Below the pieces are notes generated by a model. It had not been told where the DNA came from and did not search any database. It saw nothing but the letters and a program-made list of their open reading frames with translations. From positions 1,650,001 to 1,682,000 of the forward strand of contig OW818675.1 of NCBI GenBank assembly GCA_942493095.1: 32,000 bases of DNA. Direction: 5' to 3'. This DNA is from Candidatus Electronema halotolerans (GTDB lineage: Bacteria; Desulfobacterota; Desulfobulbia; Desulfobulbales; Desulfobulbaceae). Positions 15,762 to 24,901 of this stretch are shown here, piece by piece. A program made the translations under genes and the position numbers. How positions within the stretch are numbered: the stretch's first letter is position 1; every line of letters begins with the position of its first letter.

Positions 15762-17811
15762 GCTTTGCCCGCAGCCGCGCCAATGTCCTGCGGTCATTCT
15801 CCAGATCAGGATGACCGAGAGCTTCTTCAATCTGTACGGCATGGGCAAGGTATTCCTCTGCTTGGGCAAGGTCACCCATGTCCATATAGGTGAAACCGAT
15901 GTTCCAGCGCGACTGCGCTTCTCCGGCTCTGTCACCAATCTGCTGCTGTATCGCCAAGGCTTGTTCAAGATACTCCAGCACCTTGGCATGATTGTCCTGC
16001 GCACGGTAGATCGCGGCAATGTTGCTCAGGGTTATGCCTTCTCCAATCTCATCCCCAACCTCCCGTGTGATAAGGAGGGCCTGTTCAAAATAGCACAAGG
16101 CTTGCTCATAGTCCTCTTGGGCATCATAAAGCATGCCGATATTATTCAGGGTCGTGCCTTCTCCCTTCCGGTTGCCGATAGACTGCCAGATGCTCAGGCT
16201 TTGCTGATAGGTCTTCAAGGCCTGCTCGCACTTGCCCTGTTGCCGATAGATTGCCCCGATATTGTTCAGGGTTACGAGTTCTTCCTCTTTATGCCCCAGC
16301 TCGCGGTATATCGGTCGGGCTTGCTCATACCAAGCCAACGCCTTGTCAGGTTCGCCGCGATTGTCACAGGTGTCGCCAAGATCATTCAAGCACCAGCCTT
16401 CATCACCACGGTCGCCAGCCTGCCGGGCCGCAGTCAGCCGCATCTCAAGGGCAGTCAGCCTGTCTGTCCAATGCCCCTGCCGGTCAAGGTACTCCCACAT
16501 TGCCCCTTCCAAGCCTTTCACTTCCTGCCACAGCCCGCTGGCAAGGCAGCTCTCCATCAGCCGCAGGCAGTGCGCCCGCTCTCCATCAAGGCGGGCATAG
16601 CCCTGCCCGCTTTCAAAGTAACCCTCCGTCAGCCGCAGGCAGTGCGCCTGCTCTTCATCAAGATGGGCATAGCCCTGTACGCCTTCCTTGCTCGCAGCCA
16701 AGCAGAAAGCAATGTACCAGCCTGCCAGCCGCTCCAAGTCTTCCCTGCTCAGGGGCAGCTCGGTGCGGGCGTAGGCATGGATCAAAGCATGGCTTACCTG
16801 CCAGCCGTACTCCGTAAACTTCAGCAGGCCATAAGTGATCAGCTCGAGCAGGGCATCGCTGCTGCGCATCTTCAGCTCGTCCATGTACTCGCCCTCCCTC
16901 ACCAAGACTATGGCAAAGGGCATCAGGCCAATAGGCGCAAAGGCCAGCACCCCGGCTAGGCGCATAGCCTGCACTGCATCCGCGCTCACCTGTAATAGGC
17001 TGTGCTCCAGCAGCAAGGCCATGTTGTCTTCCTGATGCCTGCCGCTGCCCAGCATCCTGAACGGTGTCTTGTTCATCCAGTGCAAATACTTGGCCGCATT
17101 CTTCTTATTGTTGCGCAAATAGAAGCCCGCAATACGCAGGGCCACGGGCCAGCCATTGAGCAGCTTGCAGATGCCCTGCACGCTGGCCAGATCACCCACT
17201 GGGGAACCGATGTAACGCAGGAACACCTCCTCTGCGGTCTGCTCGTCCAGCGGCTTCAGCTCCAGCGGCGCATCCGGGGCATCCTCGTTCTTCCTGCTGG
17301 TGATCAGCACCCCGCACTGGCCGCGCAGACGGAGCACCGCTTGCAGGTCGTCCGCCTCTTCCGTGCCATCCAGCATAAGCAGGGCCTTCCTGCCTGAGAG
17401 GGCCTGCCGCGCTCCGCCGACAAGGTTTGTCTTTGCCTCCACCTTAAAGGCCGCGCAGACAGCTTGCAGGGCCTGCTCTGCGCTCGGCTGATGATAGAAG
17501 CTGTGGAAGATGATGCCGTCCGGGAAGCGGCTTGGCTCCAGCTTACTCACTGCTTGAGCAGCCAGCGCACTCTTGCCCATGCCGCCCGGCCCGCACACTG
17601 CCACCACCTTGCCCGGATGCAGCCTCTCGTTCAGCCAAGCAAGCTCCTCCTCCCGGTGAAGAAAGCAGGGTTCAAGCAGCGGGGGATCGTGGGGAATGAC
17701 GGGTGGCGGAGCAGGCGACGACTGGTGATAACGGATACCTCCTTCGCCTTGAGCACTGTTCTGCTCGCCATTGCCGCTGTTAGTGAAGGTGTTGTTGAAA
17801 GTGTGTCCCAT
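15742..17811 (-). CDS. STAND NTPase: NB-ARC domain plus C-terminal TPR array, with no recognisable N-terminal effector domain
   Basis: 689 aa. Strong RBS (GGGGGAG). Walker A GPGGMGKS (res 74-81), Walker B ALLMLDGTEEADD, VLITSR, LKPLDEQTAEEVF, GWPVAL (GLPL-like). At least 5 TPR_12-type 40-aa repeats (LNNIGAIYRQQGKCEQALKTYQQSL etc.). Confidence 0.85.
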   Translation of the reverse strand: MGHTFNNTFTNSGNGEQNSAQGEGGIRYHQSSPAPPPVIPHDPPLLEPCFLHREEELAWLNERLHPGKVVAVCGPGGMGKSALAAQAVSKLEPSRFPDGIIFHSFYHQPSAEQALQAVCAAFKVEAKTNLVGGARQALSGRKALLMLDGTEEADDLQAVLRLRGQCGVLITSRKNEDAPDAPLELKPLDEQTAEEVFLRYIGSPVGDLASVQGICKLLNGWPVALRIAGFYLRNNKKNAAKYLHWMNKTPFRMLGSGRHQEDNMALLLEHSLLQVSADAVQAMRLAGVLAFAPIGLMPFAIVLVREGEYMDELKMRSSDALLELITYGLLKFTEYGWQVSHALIHAYARTELPLSREDLERLAGWYIAFCLAASKEGVQGYAHLDEEQAHCLRLTEGYFESGQGYARLDGERAHCLRLMESCLASGLWQEVKGLEGAMWEYLDRQGHWTDRLTALEMRLTAARQAGDRGDEGWCLNDLGDTCDNRGEPDKALAWYEQARPIYRELGHKEEELVTLNNIGAIYRQQGKCEQALKTYQQSLSIWQSIGNRKGEGTTLNNIGMLYDAQEDYEQALCYFEQALLITREVGDEIGEGITLSNIAAIYRAQDNHAKVLEYLEQALAIQQQIGDRAGEAQSRWNIGFTYMDMGDLAQAEEYLAHAVQIEEALGHPDLENDRRTLARLRAKRRRDNS

Positions 17812-18095
17812 GACTCCCCCTGTTCATTGTCTGACAAGCCGCCTGCGCAGCGCACTGAGCTGCCCCTGCAACCTGCTGCATGGCGTATTGACACCATGCG
17901 CAGTTTCTCAAGAATAGCTGCTTCAGCGCGTCAACGCCAAGAATTTCTTTCCCAGTCAGCTGCGGCCCAGAACACAGGGCCACGCGGTGATACTCAACCA
18001 TGATGCAAAACCTTATTGTGCTGAAACGGCTGGCCGGTTACATTTTGAGCAGAACCTGCTGATCTTCCCAAAATGTGCGGCACCACGCAACAGGT

Positions 18096-19094
18096 ATGGT
18101 AAAAATACTCCTTGTCGATGACCGGCCCAGCAACCTTTTTGCCCTGAGAACCGTGCTCAAGGATGTCGAGGCGGAGCTGATTGAGGCGGGCAATGGCAAT
18201 GACGCGCTCTTGGCGACCTTGAACCATGACTTTGCTCTTGCCATTCTTGATGTGCAGATGCCGGAAATGGATGGCTATGAGCTGGCCAAGCTGATCCGGG
18301 GCCGGGATCGCACCCGCCGCCTGCCGATCATCTTCCTTTCCGCCATCTATTCAGACAATTATCATATCTTCAAAGGCTATGACTCCGGGGCGGTGGACTT
18401 TCTCGCCAAGCCCTTTCCGCCGGAGATACTGACTGGCAAGGTGCTGTTCTTCATAGAAATGTACAAGCAGCAGATCAAATTGCAGGAAACCATCCGCGAG
18501 CTGGAGCATACCAAGGAGCTGGTCCTGGAGCAGAACAGGATGCTGGAACAGTTGGCCAATCAGGACATGCTCACTGGTCTTTACAACCGGCGGCAGCTCT
18601 CAGAGACTTTGCAGCAGGAAGTGGAGCGCAGTCGGCGCTATGGCACGGACATGTCCTTGATCATGCTTGATCTGGATCATTTCAAAAGGGTGAATGACAC
18701 CTTTGGCCATGATTTCGGCGACTATGTGATCAAGGAATTCGCAGCCCGCATTCTCTCCTGCATCCGCCAGTCTGATGTCGCCTTCCGTTTCGGCGGCGAG
18801 GAGTTCATTGTCCTCCTGCCCCAGACCGACCTGCGCGGGGCTATGGCCACAGCAGAAAAAATCCGCAGCCGCTGCGCGGACCTGCCTTTTGAGAATGCTT
18901 CGCACACCATTGCCATGACGGTCAGCATCGGCGTGGCCTCCTGCCCGAAACAGCCCTTGACAGACAATGAAGATATGATCTGTCAGGCCGATCATGCCCT
19001 GTATATTGCCAAAGAGCAAGGCCGGAACCGGATCGTCATCTATGATCATGACGGGACAAGCAAGCAATCTGCCAGCGGTTCGACTGCCTGCTGA
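18096..19094 (+). CDS. Response regulator-diguanylate cyclase (REC-GGDEF, PleD/WspR-like)
   Basis: REC (KILLVDDRPSNL...ILDVQMPEMDG), coiled linker, GGDEF domain with an active-site GGEEF and an RxxD I-site (RQSD) five residues upstream. ATG at 18096 preferred over the track's GTG at 18075. Confidence 0.9.
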   Translation: MVKILLVDDRPSNLFALRTVLKDVEAELIEAGNGNDALLATLNHDFALAILDVQMPEMDGYELAKLIRGRDRTRRLPIIFLSAIYSDNYHIFKGYDSGAVDFLAKPFPPEILTGKVLFFIEMYKQQIKLQETIRELEHTKELVLEQNRMLEQLANQDMLTGLYNRRQLSETLQQEVERSRRYGTDMSLIMLDLDHFKRVNDTFGHDFGDYVIKEFAARILSCIRQSDVAFRFGGEEFIVLLPQTDLRGAMATAEKIRSRCADLPFENASHTIAMTVSIGVASCPKQPLTDNEDMICQADHALYIAKEQGRNRIVIYDHDGTSKQSASGSTAC

Positions 19095-19116
19095 TAAAAA
19101 TACTGCGAAAAGAGCC

Positions 19117-22100
19117 ATGAAAGCCAGCCTGAGCGCGCAACTGCTCCTCTCCCATCTCTGTGTCGGCCTGATTCCCCTGTTCTTCATCAGCTGGCTGCTC
19201 TGGAACACCGCCTCCAAGGGGCTGGACAAGGTCAGCGGTCAGGGCGTGGAGGCGGTGGAACAGGCCGCCTACAATGAACTCCAGCTCGTATGCCAGATCA
19301 AGGAAAAGCAGATCGCCTACTTTTTCAAGGTCATGGTCGGCCAGATGCAGATGCTGCGCGACAATCCGTGGTTTGTGCGGCATGTTCACAATCTTGACCA
19401 GGCCTTCACCGAGGTCGGCAAATCAGCTGATGCCGAGAATGGATCAGTCCATTCAGAAATCTGGCAGCACCTTGCCCGGCAGGCTGATGCTGTGCTGCAA
19501 GATGTCTGCACGGATTTTGACTGGAACAATCTTTATCTGATCAACAACGACGGCAATATCATCTATTCGCTGCACAAGTCTTCTGATCTTGGCCAGTCGC
19601 TCACCAAGGTGCCGCTGATCAGCAGTTCATTGGGCAAAGCCTTTGCCCAGCTCCGCAACCACCCGGAACTCGATGCAACCTTTGGTGATTATGCGCCTTA
19701 CGGGCCGCTGGACAATGAGCCGTCCGCCTTTCTGATCACCCGCATCAAGCAGGAACACCAAGATAAAGGCGCAGCCTATCTGGCGGTGCAGCCCTCCACC
19801 ACCGCGTTGCGCAACATGATCAAAATGGGAGCAGCGAAAAAACAGACCCTTGAGGCCTATGTGGTGGGCGTGGACGGCTACATGCGCTCCGACTCTGTGC
19901 TGGACCCGGAAAATTACAGCCGGGCCGCTTCCTTCCAGATGGGTAACAAAGTCCTGACCAAAGCCAGCCACGAGGCGCTGGCAGGCCGCAGCGGCACTGG
20001 TGTCATCAAGGATTATCGCGACAACGCTGTCCTGTCCTCATGGATGCCGGTGGATATTTTCGGCATCCGCTGGGCCTTGATCTGCGAGATTGACGAGCAC
20101 GAGGCGCTGGCGGCCAGAGACACGATGCAGCAAAGCGGCGCGGATGCGGGTCGATATCTGATGCAGTGGATTGTCACCGCCCTGCTGCTGACCTTGGCCA
20201 TTGTCGGGGCCATTGCCTGGTTTGTGGCCCGCTCCATCAGCCGTCCGATTGTCCATGCCGCTGAGATGGCGGGCATCATTGCCTCCGGCGACATGCAGCA
20301 GCGGCTCAAAATGGAGCGGGAGGATGAGATCGGCCAGATGGCCGCCGCCCTTGATGCCATGGTTGACCAGGTGGCGAAAAATTTCCGCCAAGTCAACGGG
20401 GCGGCTGAACTGGCCGAGCGGATGCGCGGCGAGCAGGATATCCGCATTTTGGCCAAAAACGTGGTCAGCTTTTTAGCCGGTTTTCTTGGCGCGCAGATGG
20501 GTTCGCTCTATCTTGCTGACAAGAGCGGTGAAAAATTGTCCATAACTGGCAGTTACGCCTTCAATAAACGCAAAGGCATCGGCACGGCGATTCAGCTCGG
20601 CGAAGGCCTTGCCGGGCAGGCGGCAGAGGAGAGGATGTTGATTTCCGTCACTGACCTGCCGGAAGACTATCTCCGCATCAGCTCAACCCTTGGCAATGCT
20701 GTGCCGCGCAACATACTCGCCCTGCCCTTTCTGCATCAGGAAAAATTGGTGGGAGTGCTGGAATTCGCCTCGTTCAAAGAATTTTCTGATGAGGACATTG
20801 CCTTTCTCAATCAGATTGCGGAAAGCATCGCCATTGTCTTCAATGCCGCGCACAGCCGTCAGGAGGTGCGGGAACTGCTTGCGGAAACGCAGGCCCAGTC
20901 TGAGGAGCTGCGGGCCAGCAACGAGGAGCTGGAAGCGCAGACTGCGGCGCTGAAGGAATTTCAGGAGGAGCTGAAAAGCCAGCAGGCTGAACTGGAGATA
21001 GTCAATGCCAATCTCAAGGAAAAATCTGAAGACCTGCTGACCCAGAAAAACGAAATTGAGCAGCGCAACAAGGAGCTGACTGCGGCCAGAGAAGAGGTGG
21101 AGGAGCGGTCCAAAGACCTTGCTATGGCCTCCAAGTACAAGTCCGAATTTTTGGCCAACATGAGCCATGAGCTGCGCACCCCGCTCAACAGCCTGCTCCT
21201 GCTGGCCAAATCGCTGGCTGACAACCGGGAAGGCACCCTGAGCAGCCATCAGCAGGAGTCGGCCAAAGTGATTGTGGAGTCTGGCAATGACCTGCTCAAT
21301 TTGATCAACGAAATTCTTGATCTGTCCAAAATTGAGGCCGGACGGATTGAGCTGGACGTGGAGGAGGTGCCGCTGACTGACCTGACTGCCAATGCCAACA
21401 CCATGTTCCGGCAGATGGCCGAGAGCAAGGGCTTGGAGTTCACTGTCAGCCTTGCCCCTTCCCTGCCGCCGGTGATTGTCACCGACCGCAAGCGGGTGGA
21501 GCAGATTCTCAAGAATTTCCTTGGCAACAGCATCAAGTTCACGGCCAAGGGCAGGGTCAGCCTGACCATTGCCCGGCCTGCGCCGCAGACTGCATTCCAC
21601 CGCAATGACCTGCTGCCGGGAAAGACCATTGCCTTCAATGTCATCGACACCGGCATCGGCATTCCCCCGGACAAGCAGAAGGTCATTTTTGAAGCCTTTC
21701 AGCAGGCTGACGGCTCCACGAGCCGCAAATACGGCGGCACCGGCCTTGGCCTGTCCATCTCGCGGGAGCTGGCCGTGCTGCTCGGCGGCGAGATTCAGCT
21801 TGTCAGCGAAAGCGGCAAAGGCGCAACCTTCACCCTCTATCTGCCCTGTGAAGCTGGCCAGCCGTCCAAGCTGGCAAAGCAGGAGCCTGCCGAGCCGCTG
21901 CTGGCTGAAAAGCAGCCGTCCGCTCCGCCGCCAACGCCGGTGCCTCAGAGCCAGAGTCTGGCGGATGACCGGGCCGCTCTTGCCGCTGAAGACCGCAGCA
22001 TTCTCATTATTGAGGATGATCTGAAATTCGCCAAAATCTTGATGGATCAGTGTCGCGAACGCGGCTTTAAAGCACTGACTGCGGACACGGGCGAGGAAGG

Positions 22101-23163
22101 GCTGCTCTTAGCTGAACAGCATCAGCCGACCGGCATTATTTTGGATATCAAGCTGCCTGGCATCAACGGCTGGACTGTGCTGACCACGCTCAAGACCAAT
22201 CCGGCCACCCGGCATATTCCAGTCCACATGATGTCGGTGGAGGAAGTCAGCCGGGAGGCCTTCAAAAAGGGCGCGGTCGGCTTTTTCACCAAGCCGGTGG
22301 ATCGGGAGCAGATTGCCGAGACCTTCAGCCGTTTTGAGGCGATCAGCAGCCGGAAGGTCAAAAAGCTGCTCGTGGTTGAAGATGACGACAAGCTGCGGCG
22401 GGCGGTGATTGACTTAGTCGGCAGCGGCGACACCGTGACTATGGAGGCGAAAACCGGTCAGGAGGCGCAGGAGCTGCTGCGCGGCCAGCAGTTTGACTGC
22501 ATGATTCTTGATCTTGGCCTGCCAGACTGCAATGGCATTGAACTGCTGCGCACATTGGCGGCGGACAGCAGCCTGACCGTGCCGCCGGTGATCATTCACA
22601 CGGGCAGGGAACTGAGCCGGGAGGAGGAAAAGGAGCTGAACAAATATTCAGAATCCATTATTATCAAAAACGTCCGCTCTGAAGAGCGGCTGCTTGACGA
22701 GACCACTCTTTTCCTGCACCGGATGGTTGAGGAGCTGCCAGCGCAGAAACAGGAAATCATTGCCGGACTGCATGATCAGGAGGCCGTGTTCCGCAACCGG
22801 CGCATTTTGTTGGTTGATGACGACATGCGCAATGTCTTTGCCCTCTCCAATGTGCTGGAGGAGCGGGGCATGGCAGTGCTGATCGCCGAGCACGGCAGAA
22901 AAGCCCTTGACATGCTTGCCAAAGAGGAACATGTTGATTTGGTTTTGATGGATATTATGATGCCGGAAATGGACGGCTATGAGGCCACCCGGAAAATCCG
23001 CGAGCAGAAGCGGTTCCGCAATCTGCCGGTCATTGCCCTGACTGCCAAGGCCATGAAGGAGGACCGGGAAAAGTGCATGGAGGCCGGAGCCAGCGACTAT
23101 CTGACCAAACCAATTGACTTGGACCGCCTGCTCTCCATGATGCGGGTCTGGCTCTACCGGTGA
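19117..23163 (+). CDS. Hybrid sensor histidine kinase: TM, double-Cache-like periplasmic domain, TM, HAMP, GAF, long coiled coil, HisKA, HATPase_c, three REC domains
   Basis: ATG at 19117 (MKASLSAQLLLSHLCVGLIPLFF) lies 22 nt after the upstream stop. Second TM YLMQWIVTALLLTLAIVGAIAWFVA. HAMP (SRPIVHAAEMAGIIASGDMQQRL). H-box FLANMSHELRTPLN. G2 box GGTGLGLSISRELAVLLGG. REC domains with ILDIKLPGINGW, ILDLGLPDCNGI and LMDIMMPEMDGY. Confidence 0.9.
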   Translation: MKASLSAQLLLSHLCVGLIPLFFISWLLWNTASKGLDKVSGQGVEAVEQAAYNELQLVCQIKEKQIAYFFKVMVGQMQMLRDNPWFVRHVHNLDQAFTEVGKSADAENGSVHSEIWQHLARQADAVLQDVCTDFDWNNLYLINNDGNIIYSLHKSSDLGQSLTKVPLISSSLGKAFAQLRNHPELDATFGDYAPYGPLDNEPSAFLITRIKQEHQDKGAAYLAVQPSTTALRNMIKMGAAKKQTLEAYVVGVDGYMRSDSVLDPENYSRAASFQMGNKVLTKASHEALAGRSGTGVIKDYRDNAVLSSWMPVDIFGIRWALICEIDEHEALAARDTMQQSGADAGRYLMQWIVTALLLTLAIVGAIAWFVARSISRPIVHAAEMAGIIASGDMQQRLKMEREDEIGQMAAALDAMVDQVAKNFRQVNGAAELAERMRGEQDIRILAKNVVSFLAGFLGAQMGSLYLADKSGEKLSITGSYAFNKRKGIGTAIQLGEGLAGQAAEERMLISVTDLPEDYLRISSTLGNAVPRNILALPFLHQEKLVGVLEFASFKEFSDEDIAFLNQIAESIAIVFNAAHSRQEVRELLAETQAQSEELRASNEELEAQTAALKEFQEELKSQQAELEIVNANLKEKSEDLLTQKNEIEQRNKELTAAREEVEERSKDLAMASKYKSEFLANMSHELRTPLNSLLLLAKSLADNREGTLSSHQQESAKVIVESGNDLLNLINEILDLSKIEAGRIELDVEEVPLTDLTANANTMFRQMAESKGLEFTVSLAPSLPPVIVTDRKRVEQILKNFLGNSIKFTAKGRVSLTIARPAPQTAFHRNDLLPGKTIAFNVIDTGIGIPPDKQKVIFEAFQQADGSTSRKYGGTGLGLSISRELAVLLGGEIQLVSESGKGATFTLYLPCEAGQPSKLAKQEPAEPLLAEKQPSAPPPTPVPQSQSLADDRAALAAEDRSILIIEDDLKFAKILMDQCRERGFKALTADTGEEGLLLAEQHQPTGIILDIKLPGINGWTVLTTLKTNPATRHIPVHMMSVEEVSREAFKKGAVGFFTKPVDREQIAETFSRFEAISSRKVKKLLVVEDDDKLRRAVIDLVGSGDTVTMEAKTGQEAQELLRGQQFDCMILDLGLPDCNGIELLRTLAADSSLTVPPVIIHTGRELSREEEKELNKYSESIIIKNVRSEERLLDETTLFLHRMVEELPAQKQEIIAGLHDQEAVFRNRRILLVDDDMRNVFALSNVLEERGMAVLIAEHGRKALDMLAKEEHVDLVLMDIMMPEMDGYEATRKIREQKRFRNLPVIALTAKAMKEDREKCMEAGASDYLTKPIDLDRLLSMMRVWLYR

Positions 23164-23178
23164 CATGCTTTTTGCATC

Positions 23179-24033
23179 ATGATGGATCGCAGCGATATTG
23201 AAAAGATTGAGGTTGAATTGCTGCTGGAGGCGATCTTCCGCCGCTACGGCTATGATTTCCGCTGCTATGCCAGAGCCAGCATCATTCGCCAGCTCCGTCA
23301 GTTCATTGAGAAAACAGGTCATGCCTGTGTGAGCGAGCTGATCCCCAAAATGCTGCACGATGCGGCCCTGTTCCAGCAGCTCCTGCTCAAGCTCTCGGTC
23401 ACAGTCTCCTCCATGTTCCGGGATCCGTCCTTTTATCAGGTGCTGCGGCAGGACATCGTGCCCCTGCTCAAAACCTATCCCTTTATCCGGGTCTGGATTG
23501 CAGGCTGCGCCGCAGGCGAGGAAGCCTATTCCGTCGCCATTCTCCTCAAGGAGGAGGGCCTGCTGGCCCGCGCCACCATCTATGCCACAGACATCAATGA
23601 ACGCGCTTTGGCCGCAGCCAAGGAAGGCATTTATCCCTTGAGCCAAGTCCGGGAATACACGGAAAACTATCAGCAAAGCGGGCCGCTGGACTCGTTCAGC
23701 AGCTATTATCATGCCGCTCATGACCGGATTGTCATGAACCGGGACCTGAAGCAGAGCCTCACCTTTGCCAAGCATAATCTGGTCTCTGACTATGTCTTTG
23801 CCGAAATGCACCTGATTCTCTGCCGCAATGTGATGATCTATTTCAATCAGGAGCTGAAGGACCGGGTCCTGCGCCTCTTTGACGACAGCCTGATCCGGGG
23901 CGGCTTTCTCTGCTTGGGCGCAAAAGAGACCCTCCGCTTCTCCAGCATTGACAGCCGCTACAGGGAAGCGGAGCACGGCGGCAAAATTTACCGCAAACGC
24001 TTTGTCGCTGAAAAAGACCCCTGCCCTGTTTGA
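23179..24033 (+). CDS. cheR: CheR-type protein-glutamate O-methyltransferase
   Basis: 284 aa. N-terminal helical CheR_N (EVELLLEAIFRRYGYDFRCY) and SAM-binding fold (IRVWIAGCAAGEEAYSVAILL...IYATDIN...ILCRNVMIYF). Confidence 0.9.
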   Translation: MMDRSDIEKIEVELLLEAIFRRYGYDFRCYARASIIRQLRQFIEKTGHACVSELIPKMLHDAALFQQLLLKLSVTVSSMFRDPSFYQVLRQDIVPLLKTYPFIRVWIAGCAAGEEAYSVAILLKEEGLLARATIYATDINERALAAAKEGIYPLSQVREYTENYQQSGPLDSFSSYYHAAHDRIVMNRDLKQSLTFAKHNLVSDYVFAEMHLILCRNVMIYFNQELKDRVLRLFDDSLIRGGFLCLGAKETLRFSSIDSRYREAEHGGKIYRKRFVAEKDPCPV

Positions 24034-24313
24034 GTGCCTGCTCCCTGTCTGTTGACCCTTTCTCCCCAGACTTGTTTTGTTTTTTGTCCTTTGCAGGCAT
24101 GGCCGCTCTGTGATAGGCTTTTCATGCAGGGCGAGAGCACTGCTCCGGGAAAGAGACCACCACGCCTTTTCGAGGTGGTGGTTCGGGAACCCATCACGCT
24201 CACATCGAAACTTGCATACAACTGAAAAAGTACAAACACTTGCTGGGCATCAGGCTGAAAAAACAAGGCAATCAAGTTCTTGGCGAGATGCGCCTGAATG
24301 AGGACGAAGAGCC

Positions 24314-24901
24314 ATGAGCTGGTTGGACAGGAGGCTGTGCCGGGCAGTTGTCTTAGGCTGCTCTGCCGGGGGCATGGATGCCGCCGCCGCCCTGCTCGGT
24401 CAGCTCGGCCCGAAGTTCCGGCTGCCGCTGATTATCGTGCAGCACCGGCAGGCTGGTCACGATGAGGCCTTGGCTCATTTTTACAGCAGCCACACCCATC
24501 TTGCCGTGACTGAGGCTGGGGAAAAGGAAAAAATCCAGAAAAATCATCTCTATCTTGCCCCGCCTGACTATCATCTGCTCATTGAGCAGGATGAGACATT
24601 TTCCCTGTCCGTGGAAGAGAAGGTCAACTACTGCCGTCCCTCAATTGACGTGCTTTTTGAGAGCGCGGCAGATGTCTATGGCTTCGGCCTGGCCGGGATC
24701 ATTCTTTCCGGGGCCAACCGGGACGGCGCGCAGGGACTGAAGCGGATCAAGGAGCAGGGCGGCCTGGCCTTGGTCCAGACCCCGGAAACCGCCCAGTTTG
24801 CTGAGATGCCGCACAGTGCCCTGCGCGCTGTCCAGCCTGATCACGTCCTGAGTCCGGCAGACATGGGCCGTCTGCTGACCAAGCTGCGGAGCACTTTGTG
24901 A
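24314..24901 (+). CDS. cheB: CheB-type protein-glutamate methylesterase, catalytic domain only (no REC domain)
   Basis: 195 aa. Active-site Ser context VLGCSAGG, followed by IIVQH and SGANRDGAQGL segments typical of the CheB catalytic domain. GAGGA RBS about 10 nt upstream. Confidence 0.85.
   Translation: MSWLDRRLCRAVVLGCSAGGMDAAAALLGQLGPKFRLPLIIVQHRQAGHDEALAHFYSSHTHLAVTEAGEKEKIQKNHLYLAPPDYHLLIEQDETFSLSVEEKVNYCRPSIDVLFESAADVYGFGLAGIILSGANRDGAQGLKRIKEQGGLALVQTPETAQFAEMPHSALRAVQPDHVLSPADMGRLLTKLRSTL

Noticed and set aside
17780-18001. 73-aa minus-strand ORF upstream of the STAND gene, considered as the missing effector partner carrying a matching amyloid motif
   Set aside because: It overlaps the STAND start, has no RBS, and its C-terminus (…GSHGTHFQQHLH) does not repeat the N/G/Q motif of the STAND N-terminus. 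It is most likely non-coding promoter DNA.
22648-23976. 442-aa minus-strand ORF spanning the kinase 3' end and cheR
   Set aside because: It is antisense to two genes with unambiguous REC and CheR motifs and crosses their intergenic gap. It has no recognisable domain. The same applies to 20683-21600(-), 20013-20456(-), 24641-25378(-), 26930-27583(-), 26525-26926(-), 18600-19229(-), 2940-3692(-) and 3464-4066(-).
24156-24200. Hairpin followed by GGTTCGGGAACC, considered as a tRNA-like T-arm or an intrinsic terminator
   Set aside because: No acceptor, D or anticodon arms can be drawn, GGTTC/GAACC leaves only a 2-nt loop, and no U-tract follows the 8-bp hairpin.
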